A stretch of 30,110 bases of DNA from a virus (lineage: Duplodnaviria; Caudoviricetes): the IMG/VR virus record IMGVR_UViG_3300046171_000005, positions 1 to 30,110 of that record. One strand, written 5' to 3'. The position numbers were made by a program, and so were the translations under genes. How positions within the stretch are numbered: position 1 is the stretch's first letter; the number at the start of each line of letters is the position of its first letter. The notes beneath the pieces are model-generated. The model was not told the DNA's origin. It saw only the letters and a program-made list of their open reading frames with translations, and ran no database searches. Positions 1 through 6,848 of the stretch are shown in pieces.

Positions 1-356
1 AATTTTTCTTTGAAGTAATCAAGCAGCCATTTATTCTCACGGAAGATACCGATCCAATAGTTACTGAAGTTATTGACGACTCTTTCTTCGACATCATCTT
101 TATCTAATGCACCGCCTTCATTAGTCTCACAAGTAAGCCAGGCTATAGAGTGCATGAGTTCGTGGAATAGTGTATTGGCCTCATCAATATCTGATAGACC
201 TGCTTGTATTTGAATTAGGTTTTTGCGTTTGAGATAGTGTCCGTAACAATCTGTAAGATTATCATCACCAAAATCTGGTGATCCAAGTTCAATCTTTATA
301 TCAGTACAATGTACTTTGATAGACTTATCGTTAATGGAGTGTTTGGTCTTTGGCAT
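1..356 (-). CDS. HEXXH zinc metallopeptidase-like protein (ImmA/IrrE-like), truncated by window start; not in ORF track
   Basis: Manual translation from ATG at 356: MPKTKHSINDKSIKVHCTDIKIELGSPDFGDDNLTDCYGHYLKRKNLIQIQAGLSDIDEANTLFHELMHSIAW...EERVVNNFSNYWIGIFRENKW...; HELMH motif plus downstream Glu; frame open to the window edge. Confidence 0.75.
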   Translation of the reverse strand, partial: MPKTKHSINDKSIKVHCTDIKIELGSPDFGDDNLTDCYGHYLKRKNLIQIQAGLSDIDEANTLFHELMHSIAWLTCETNEGGALDKDDVEERVVNNFSNYWIGIFRENKWLLDYFKEK

Positions 357-576
357 AATGTGTATGAAACTGATCCTCTAGATTTTCAATGTACTCTTGC
401 ATATCTTCTTCTTCGCATACGATCTCAAGATAGATCTTAGCAGATATAAGTTTCCCTATAGCATTGGCTACTTTATAAGGACAGTCTAGACTTTCTTGGA
501 TACCACTTACTAGTCTATCCATATCTAGATCTTTGAGATACTTATCTGATTTAGAAAGTTGTTTGTTATCAGGCAC
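331..576 (-). CDS. hypothetical protein
   Basis: 81 aa ORF, GTG start with AGAGG upstream, overlaps the peptidase start. Confidence 0.65.
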   Translation of the reverse strand: MPDNKQLSKSDKYLKDLDMDRLVSGIQESLDCPYKVANAIGKLISAKIYLEIVCEEEDMQEYIENLEDQFHTHYAKDQTLH

Positions 577-606
577 TTAGATACACCTCTGGTTATTCTA
601 ATTTCT

Positions 607-634
607 TTTATAAGTTAAGGGTTTCGTTTGTCAA
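607..634 (-). promoter_or_regulatory. sigma70-like promoter for 576- and 356-start genes
   Basis: Minus strand TTGACA-16 nt-TATAAA, ending 30 nt upstream of the GTG at 576. Confidence 0.5.
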
Positions 635-893
635 GGGATACTTGATAGAGTATAGCTGCATAAATACCGGGTTCAAGACTACGCTCTATCCAGAATCTAC
701 GCTCTCCGTAATGATGTAATTTGTGATGACACATAGGACATAAAGGTACAGTCCAGCAATCATCAGACTTCATAGACATTCCATTAGGTTTGATATGAGT
801 AAGATGGTGCGCGCAGATATCTATATCAGTCTTGCAATAACAACAAGGATACTGCCTAACATTCTTTAAATGTTTAGCGTCTCTTATTGCCAC
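615..893 (-). CDS. DUF968-like Zn-binding HNH-type nuclease
   Basis: HLKNVRQYPCCYC...AHH...DDCWTVPLCPMCHHKLH: two CxxC pairs with His pattern typical of this phage family. Confidence 0.7.
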   Translation of the reverse strand: MAIRDAKHLKNVRQYPCCYCKTDIDICAHHLTHIKPNGMSMKSDDCWTVPLCPMCHHKLHHYGERRFWIERSLEPGIYAAILYQVSLDKRNP

Positions 894-1365
894 GAATAGT
901 ATTACCTTTATCTTTTAATCCGTAGAATATTGATGCTTCATCAAGAGCTTCACGGAATCTAACACCGCCTCTGGCTTTAGATAGTTTAAATTTAGAGTTC
1001 ATTTGCTTAATAGTATTACCAAAACCACAAACATATTCAAGAAGTTCGTAAGGTTTCTGACCAATAACACTATGCAATCTATTAAGATCTTGGATAGCAT
1101 CTAGTTTATTATCAGCTATTGTAGGGTTAGCAGAATGATCTACTCGTACACCTATCTCTGGTTTAGAAATAAGTTGAGACATCTCCCACTTCCTTCTAAA
1201 GATAGAGCCAGCTGCATATTGAATGTGATCTATATGCCTACGATAATACATAGTCTCTATAGAAGATTCACGGATGTTTACAATATGTGCAGGTTTGTCC
1301 TTATTTGGTTGAGTGATTATGATTTCTCTATTATAATTAAAATGAGGTTCATCAAAGTTAGACAT
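874..1365 (-). CDS. DUF6456-like protein (possible antiterminator/transcription regulator)
   Basis: Start moved to ATG 1365 (MSNFDEP...) because the track start at 1554 lies inside the opposite-strand gene. NIRESSIETMYYRRHID..QYAAG..FRRKWE..LLEYVCGFG..FREALD pattern with helical C-terminus. Confidence 0.6.
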   Translation of the reverse strand: MSNFDEPHFNYNREIIITQPNKDKPAHIVNIRESSIETMYYRRHIDHIQYAAGSIFRRKWEMSQLISKPEIGVRVDHSANPTIADNKLDAIQDLNRLHSVIGQKPYELLEYVCGFGNTIKQMNSKFKLSKARGGVRFREALDEASIFYGLKDKGNTIRGNKRR

Positions 1366-1371
1366 AAAAAA

Positions 1372-1400
1372 AATATAAGTTATTCGAGAAAGGAATACAA
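1372..1400 (-). promoter_or_regulatory. putative leaderless sigma70 promoter
   Basis: TTGTAT-17-TATATT-6 nt-ATG(1365); no Shine-Dalgarno. Confidence 0.45.
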
Positions 1401-2128
1401 TGAAAATAAATGAGTACAGACATAGTGCAAGTAAGGGTAATGATTGGTATGGTAATCCTTCACTATGGATATACAGAAACTTACTAGGTAAAAGATCTGA
1501 GACTACACCCCGTATGGCTATGGGTAACTCAGCAGAATTTGGTTGTGCTATCAATCTATTCTATAACAGATCAGATGCTGATGTAGTAGAACATTGCACT
1601 AAACACATGGTCAATCAGTTTGATGGTGAATGGTTTGACGAAACAGACAAAGTAGGTGGTATAGCTTTAAACTTGATTAAAGGTATCAAAGAAGCGTATC
1701 CTGATATTGGTATACCTCACCTATTTCAGAGCTACAAACGTCACAGATTGGACACCCTAGAGTATCCTATCACTACTGTAACAGACTTTGAATGGGAGAA
1801 CCTAATCATAGATACGAAAGCTACCCTAGCAGTACCATCACAGCCAAGAGAAGATCATGTAAGGCAACAGTCTTTGTACTCTATGTTGTTGGGTAAGCCA
1901 GTAACATTGGTGTATGCGTCACATAAAAAGTTCAAAGTGTTTGAATTAACTGACGAAATGATTAGCCAAAATTATGAGACTATGATAAATTCGTTTGAGT
2001 CTTTGGAGACATTTATGGCTAATGTACCTAACACAGAAACAGCTATCAAGATGATGCCTTTAAATACTGATGGGTACAAATGGAACCAGGAGGATCGTGA
2101 CAATGCGAAAACGCTTTGGAACAACTAA
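1400..2128 (+). CDS. PD-(D/E)XK nuclease (RecB/Cas4-like exonuclease)
   Basis: AAGGA RBS; MAMGNSAE, TDFEWENLIIDTKAT (D..D-x-K) and QQSLY motifs. Confidence 0.8.
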   Translation: MKINEYRHSASKGNDWYGNPSLWIYRNLLGKRSETTPRMAMGNSAEFGCAINLFYNRSDADVVEHCTKHMVNQFDGEWFDETDKVGGIALNLIKGIKEAYPDIGIPHLFQSYKRHRLDTLEYPITTVTDFEWENLIIDTKATLAVPSQPREDHVRQQSLYSMLLGKPVTLVYASHKKFKVFELTDEMISQNYETMINSFESLETFMANVPNTETAIKMMPLNTDGYKWNQEDRDNAKTLWNN

Positions 2129-2174
2129 TGGTGCTACAAAGATAGGATTAACTAACATAGCAAGGAGAATACAA

Positions 2175-2699
2175 ATGGAACTAAATAAATCAGTAGGTAA
2201 AGTAGATTATATATCTGCACCGAAACCAGGTAAGGATCAATGGTTCATGCCTGTTGTACTAAATCAAAGTGGAACTAAGATAAAGTTCTACTGTAAGTTT
2301 GATCCACAAGTATCAGTGGGTGATGAAGTCATGGTACATTATGGACAAGAACGAAATGGAAACGCTACTGCATTCAAAGTAGAAAGACCTGATAAAGATG
2401 TGAACGAAACAGAAACATCAAGCGGTGGAGCGAAAGCGACACCGAATACTTCTAAGGCTTTACCACAAGATATGATAGCAGTAGGATTGGCTGGTCGAAT
2501 AACTGAAGTGCTTATGACATTACATCATGAGAAAGGTATCCAACTAAAAGATCCATCAGGTGAAGTAGCTAAATGGATTTCAATAGGTCAAGAAGGATAC
2601 AACAAAGCAACTAATGTAGTAGATCAAATCAAAGATGCATTCCCTGGTACAACTGTAGAGAATGTTGATGATGATATTGATGACGAAGTACCATTCTAG
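2175..2699 (+). CDS. single-stranded DNA-binding protein-like
   Basis: ATG 2175 follows AAGGAG; beta-rich N-terminus and acidic tail DDDIDDEVPF typical of SSBs; next to the nuclease. Confidence 0.6.
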   Translation: MELNKSVGKVDYISAPKPGKDQWFMPVVLNQSGTKIKFYCKFDPQVSVGDEVMVHYGQERNGNATAFKVERPDKDVNETETSSGGAKATPNTSKALPQDMIAVGLAGRITEVLMTLHHEKGIQLKDPSGEVAKWISIGQEGYNKATNVVDQIKDAFPGTTVENVDDDIDDEVPF

Positions 2700-2710
2700 A
2701 AAGGAGTAAC

Positions 2711-3034
2711 ATGACAATCATTACAAGAGAAGGTATGGAGAAAGCTCTCCAACAAAACTATGATAACGAAGATACTGAGGCAGAACATGTAGCTCAAGCT
2801 AGTTACGTTAAGGAGTATCTAAGAACTGTATTGGCTGAACAAGTATTCAAAGCTCCAGATGATTTATCAGGTGCAATGAAAGAACATTGGGCCAGACAAA
2901 GTGATGAATACAAACAACATCTACTAGCTATGAAAGAATCTATAAGACTCAAAGAGAAAGATAACTTCCGTAGAAAAGATAATGATATGTATTGTTCTCA
3001 GTTTCAGTCACTAACTAAAGCTGGTGCTATATGA
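2711..3034 (+). CDS. helical phage protein, possibly UvsY-like recombination mediator
   Basis: AGGAG RBS; all-helical with EHWARQSDEYKQHL motif; follows SSB-like gene. Function is a weak inference. Confidence 0.45.
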   Translation: MTIITREGMEKALQQNYDNEDTEAEHVAQASYVKEYLRTVLAEQVFKAPDDLSGAMKEHWARQSDEYKQHLLAMKESIRLKEKDNFRRKDNDMYCSQFQSLTKAGAI

Positions 3035-3264
3035 TAGACGCTGTAAAGAAACTTTGTAAGGATGAATTGGTTAGTAAGATCTGTGCAAAAATGATTGAAC
3101 GATCAAACAACGGAACTATAGAATACGGTAATACTATGCGTACTGCTGATAAACCTTTGCTTCAATGGATTGAAGATACACAAGAGGAATTGGCAGATGC
3201 CATTGTCTACCTTGAGAAAGTAAAGGAACTTATCAATGACACCAGAACAAAACTTATGGGTTAA
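3031..3264 (+). CDS. conserved phage protein, possible all-alpha NTP pyrophosphatase (MazG-like)
   Basis: RS..G..EYG.TM...WIEDTQEELADAIVYLEK; EExxD helix. Confidence 0.5.
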   Translation: MIDAVKKLCKDELVSKICAKMIERSNNGTIEYGNTMRTADKPLLQWIEDTQEELADAIVYLEKVKELINDTRTKLMG

Positions 3265-3520
3265 TGTTATAGCCCAACAATTCCATGATGCGACTAGGAA
3301 GATACTGCCACCTAAACGTAAGAAGAATGGCAAGACTCAAGACAGACCAAATAATAATTCTATATATCTAGCTCGCACTTGGTTAAGTGACAACACAGAA
3401 GATTTCCAAATAGTTTGTAGCCTGGCAGGATTAGAACCTGAATGGGTAATGAGAGAATATAAAAGAGTTGAGGCTGATGGATCTGATAAATCCTGGAGTA
3501 AGAGAGTTAATTATGTATAA
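3236..3520 (+). CDS. conserved phage hypothetical protein
   Basis: PEQNLW..VI.Q..DA...ARTWL..DFQIVCSLAGLEP pattern; AAGGA RBS. Confidence 0.65.
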   Translation: MTPEQNLWVNVIAQQFHDATRKILPPKRKKNGKTQDRPNNNSIYLARTWLSDNTEDFQIVCSLAGLEPEWVMREYKRVEADGSDKSWSKRVNYV

Positions 3521-3692
3521 GATGATATACAAACTTAATACCTTTTTTAAGAAACTTTTTAATTAGAAACTTTCCAATACGGACAGGAATAAGGATAGGA
3601 GCAGCCAGAATATCAAGGCAAAGAATACCAATATCCACTCCCATATCAATCGTGTTATCCGCATTGGCTTGTTTCTTGATCCATTTATTCAT
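3507..3692 (-). CDS. small membrane protein
   Basis: Hydrophobic core followed by basic amphipathic tail; last gene of the minus-strand block. Confidence 0.55.
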   Translation of the reverse strand: MNKWIKKQANADNTIDMGVDIGILCLDILAAPILIPVRIGKFLIKKFLKKGIKFVYHLIHN

Positions 3693-3906
3693 AGATCTTT
3701 TTAATTTTTAATCTTCCCATATCTTCATATACTTCTGCTTTTACTTCTTTGCATTGCATATAGATACCAGCTTGATCTTCTCCAATATTACGAGAGATAG
3801 TACGCTTTTGTTTGAGACAATCACTAAGACCATCAGTCGGAACCATCTCTATTGTCGAACCATTCTGTATCATCAGAATTGCAAAGACAACTTTAATGGT
3901 TTCCAT
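3685..3906 (-). CDS. small protein with hydrophobic N-terminus and two Cys
   Basis: 73 aa, overlaps both neighbours. Confidence 0.6.
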   Translation of the reverse strand: METIKVVFAILMIQNGSTIEMVPTDGLSDCLKQKRTISRNIGEDQAGIYMQCKEVKAEVYEDMGRLKIKKIYE

Positions 3907-4276
3907 TCTTTCTTTCCTCTAAGTCTATTAATCTTTCTTCGTGAAACTGTATGACCATATCATTCTTAAGTATCATTGGAATCTCTGACTCCATTTGTTC
4001 TTTGAGTTTGTCTACGTTTTCGCCCACGTACTCAACTAACATGTAGAGTTCTTGGACTTGTGGACTGACCATGCCACCCTTGGGAACAGAATCAATAAAA
4101 GTATTAGCAGCTTCAAGGTCTTTCTCCATCAGCTGTAATTTTGTTTCTATATTATTAAGTCGCTCAACGACTCCAAACCCGAACCAAGCACCCACAAGAC
4201 AAGCCCCAATAATAGTAATAAGATTACGAGCTGGCATTGAGATAGAGGTGTTTTCATTTATGTCTAATCTTTTCAT
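3893..4276 (-). CDS. single-TM coiled-coil protein (spanin-like topology)
   Basis: TM LITIIGACLVGAWFGFGVV followed by heptad-like helices. Confidence 0.6.
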   Translation of the reverse strand: MKRLDINENTSISMPARNLITIIGACLVGAWFGFGVVERLNNIETKLQLMEKDLEAANTFIDSVPKGGMVSPQVQELYMLVEYVGENVDKLKEQMESEIPMILKNDMVIQFHEERLIDLEERKNGNH

Positions 4277-4503
4277 ACTTCATCTAGTTCTACAAACTTA
4301 CCTTCACAAAAATATTCAAATGATTGCATATTCATACTATCTACGTTTCTAAACTTTTCTAGTAAGCTATCTACTAATATTACCTTGTTATCAAATAAAT
4401 GTTGTTGACAGGCATCTTCAGAAATAAATTGAATATCTTGTAAGTAAGTATTTCTGTATTGATCTCCTTCGTACCACATCATTACAGTTAATATCCAAAT
4501 CAT
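4273..4503 (-). CDS. small protein with hydrophobic N-terminus and two Cys
   Basis: 76 aa, ATGA-type overlaps with neighbours. Confidence 0.6.
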   Translation of the reverse strand: MIWILTVMMWYEGDQYRNTYLQDIQFISEDACQQHLFDNKVILVDSLLEKFRNVDSMNMQSFEYFCEGKFVELDEV

Positions 4504-4931
4504 TTTTTAACTAACGATCCACCGAAGTAGAGTCCGATAATAGCTGATACAAGATTAGTATCTAATGGTGTAATCACTATACCTCTATGAGCCATAGGAA
4601 CCCACTTCATTACATCCTTACCTTCAAAGAATAAGAATCCAGGATTCCATTCTGTATACCCAACAATAACTTGTGCTTGTGGATCTATCAATGGAAGTAT
4701 CTTAGGTAGTACAACAATAGCAAAGATAGCAGTTAGTGCTATAATTCTTCTTGTCCATTGGAATCCTACATTTTCATATTCTCTTGCTTCTTTAAATGCT
4801 TCGGTTTGTACTTCAGCTCTTTGTATAAGAAGTTTTTGTTCAGCTTGTTTAGCTTTAATGGATTGACTCCAGATGGACATCACCCCTCCTAGGACTGTAG
4901 ATCCTAGCATAGTAATCATTTCAAAAGGCAT
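4500..4931 (-). CDS. holin-like multi-TM protein
   Basis: N-terminal hydrophobic helix, WTRRIIAL-TM, C-terminal AIIGLYFG-KK, resembling 3-TM phage holins. Confidence 0.6.
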   Translation of the reverse strand: MPFEMITMLGSTVLGGVMSIWSQSIKAKQAEQKLLIQRAEVQTEAFKEAREYENVGFQWTRRIIALTAIFAIVVLPKILPLIDPQAQVIVGYTEWNPGFLFFEGKDVMKWVPMAHRGIVITPLDTNLVSAIIGLYFGGSLVKK

Positions 4932-5264
4932 TTAGTTCTCCAGGTAGTAAGACTTTATGAGTTCATCTACAACTAAACCTTGTATTGTAGACGGAGTACC
5001 ATCACCCCTACGAGGCGCAGCAGTTGCCATTCTCTCTAAAGACTTATCTAAGTTTTTTCTTATTTGTAATCGTTCAGTAATATCGTCAGATAAATCAATC
5101 AACATATCACTAAATACTGTTCCTACTTTCATATCACTCCAGATACGAACAACTCTTGGTAACATATCTTTAGGATCATATCCTATATTTACATAGAACT
5201 TATGATTATCCATTTCATATTTTCTAGTTACTCCAGGTCGTCTATTGCTTTCAGGCTCATACAT
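4932..5264 (-). CDS. stand-alone TSCPD-like domain (class II ribonucleotide reductase C-terminal domain)
   Basis: ATG 5264 after GAGGAG; RRPGVTRK..KFYVNIGYD..P..V.I..K.G..L.D..IT..LQ..R..G.PST..G.VVD pattern. Confidence 0.6.
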   Translation of the reverse strand: MYEPESNRRPGVTRKYEMDNHKFYVNIGYDPKDMLPRVVRIWSDMKVGTVFSDMLIDLSDDITERLQIRKNLDKSLERMATAAPRRGDGTPSTIQGLVVDELIKSYYLEN

Positions 5265-5274
5265 GATTGGCTCC

Positions 5275-5457
5275 TCAGTTAAGTTGTTTTGCTCCGTTGA
5301 GTAGTTGTCTTGCGAGATTAATTGCATCTTCGCTTGTGAGTCTGTTTTCTGCATAGATTCCCCTTGTTGAATTGATATATAAATAAAGTTTTTTCTTAAC
5401 AATTTTTACTCCCTGTTTAGGAGTTGTCAAATATTCTAAGTCAGTTCTTTGTTCCAT
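5275..5457 (-). CDS. hypothetical protein
   Basis: 60 aa, GGTGG RBS, fills the gap between neighbours. Confidence 0.55.
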   Translation of the reverse strand: MEQRTDLEYLTTPKQGVKIVKKKLYLYINSTRGIYAENRLTSEDAINLARQLLNGAKQLN

Positions 5458-6137
5458 CTTCCACCTTTATTTAAAACCATAGGTATCAATTTTGGGAGTC
5501 CGTTTAATATAACGCCACATCCAATTATTGGTCTAGATTTTTGTGTTTTCATGTACTCGAATGCTAGAGACTTAGCATCTATTAAGCATCCGACTTGCAT
5601 ACCCCAGTTTAGACTGTTGGGATTACCCCAGTATTGAATAGAATAAGAGCTATGATAGTGTCCTTGAACTGTAGGGCAACCATATTGTTGTGCTACCTTT
5701 AATACATTAGCAGCTTTACCATGACAGAAGTATACTTGCTGTCCATTAGACATAGTAATTAAAAGATCATCATGCCATTTCCATCCAGGGCCAACTTCTA
5801 AAAAGTCATTGTAAGATTTCATTGCAGCTCTTGGTAGACCTGAGGCTTTCTGTCTACGATATACTAAGCTACCATGATTAGAATCCATAAGATCCATCTT
5901 AGGAAATAACTTTTCCATTTGATGGATAGTAACTAATGATTCTCTATGTTCATCTCCTGCACTATACAAATCAGGATCAGAGTCATGGAATGATATAGCA
6001 TGAGAGTCAACCTCATCTCCTATATGTATAATACGATCTGGTTTGTATTTCTTTTTAATAGCAGAAAGAAATGGTATTAGATCTGGATGATGATACGGAC
6101 AATGCGTATCAGATATAATCAAGATTGATTTGTTCAT
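5436..6137 (-). CDS. calcineurin-like metallophosphoesterase
   Basis: SDTH, GDEVD, SNH, HG and GHYH motifs in order. Confidence 0.88.
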   Translation of the reverse strand: MNKSILIISDTHCPYHHPDLIPFLSAIKKKYKPDRIIHIGDEVDSHAISFHDSDPDLYSAGDEHRESLVTIHQMEKLFPKMDLMDSNHGSLVYRRQKASGLPRAAMKSYNDFLEVGPGWKWHDDLLITMSNGQQVYFCHGKAANVLKVAQQYGCPTVQGHYHSSYSIQYWGNPNSLNWGMQVGCLIDAKSLAFEYMKTQKSRPIIGCGVILNGLPKLIPMVLNKGGRWNKELT

Positions 6138-6142
6138 ATCGA

Positions 6143-6172
6143 ACTGTAGACCGATTTGATCTTTATTGTCAA
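6143..6172 (-). promoter_or_regulatory. putative leaderless sigma70 promoter
   Basis: TTGACA-18-TACAGT-5 nt-ATG(6137); no SD. Confidence 0.5.
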
Positions 6173-6366
6173 ATCAGCGTTCTAACTATTAAGTAACACA
6201 TTTGTGCAAATACTGTAGTACCAATAAACCATACTAGAGCTTTGAGTTGACGCATATCTTTCTCGACATGATAGAGATGATTATCCTTGAGGGTGTTGAG
6301 CTTATTATCCATTAGCTCTAGTTTACCCTCAATACGGATAATTGCTTCTCTATTGTCCTGTTCCAT
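6169..6366 (-). CDS. XhlA/hemolysin-like small membrane protein
   Basis: Start reassigned to 6366 (MEQDNRE...); coiled coil, NHLYH motif, C-terminal TM. Confidence 0.55.
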   Translation of the reverse strand: MEQDNREAIIRIEGKLELMDNKLNTLKDNHLYHVEKDMRQLKALVWFIGTTVFAQMCYLIVRTLI

Positions 6367-6535
6367 TTTCTTCTTCTTCTTTTGGTAACTCTGCCTGTAG
6401 AAGAGCTGTATAATGGTTTGCAATAATATCTAGATCAAATTTATCAGCACCTATTTTCATTAACTTTTGATAGAGTGCTTTACCTTTGTCAGATAATTTA
6501 GTCTCGTCATATTCTTTTTCATTTAATGTAAACAT
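6350..6535 (-). CDS. hypothetical protein (tail-fibre associated)
   Basis: AAGGAG RBS; FTLNEKEYDETKLSD N-terminus; downstream of tail fibre. Confidence 0.65.
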   Translation of the reverse strand: MFTLNEKEYDETKLSDKGKALYQKLMKIGADKFDLDIIANHYTALLQAELPKEEEENGTGQ

Positions 6536-6550
6536 TGTATCTCCTTAGTT

Positions 6551-6847
6551 TTAACCAAGTGTACTGACATCAAATGAATTGTCAACTGTATCAACTGCTG
6601 GTGGGTTTTGGTGTACGTTATGTTTTTTTGCAAACATATCATCCCAATGTGCCTCATCCATAAGTGTCAATAGTTCAGCTTTTGTATAGCTACCTGGTGC
6701 TTTTGATGGTGTGTCTATTTTTTCAGATTTTTTAAATGTATGAGAAAAGTCACCATCAGTATATTTATACTCAACCGACCATTCTGTTACATTACCATCA
6801 GCATTTACTTTAGGTTTAGCTGATACCCATTCTTTAGTTACTGCCAT
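6551..6847 (-). CDS. hypothetical protein, probable tail fibre assembly factor
   Basis: AAGGAG RBS; directly after the tail fibre gene. Confidence 0.6.
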   Translation of the reverse strand: MAVTKEWVSAKPKVNADGNVTEWSVEYKYTDGDFSHTFKKSEKIDTPSKAPGSYTKAELLTLMDEAHWDDMFAKKHNVHQNPPAVDTVDNSFDVSTLG

Positions 6848-6848
6848 A

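Noticed and set aside
1400-2128. Cas4 as part of a CRISPR system
   Set aside because: No four-Cys Fe-S pattern, no cas genes or array; an ordinary phage PD-(D/E)XK nuclease fits better.
5403-5430. TTGACA at 5430-5425 (minus strand) as a promoter
   Set aside because: Poor -10 at normal spacing, and it lies inside a coding region.
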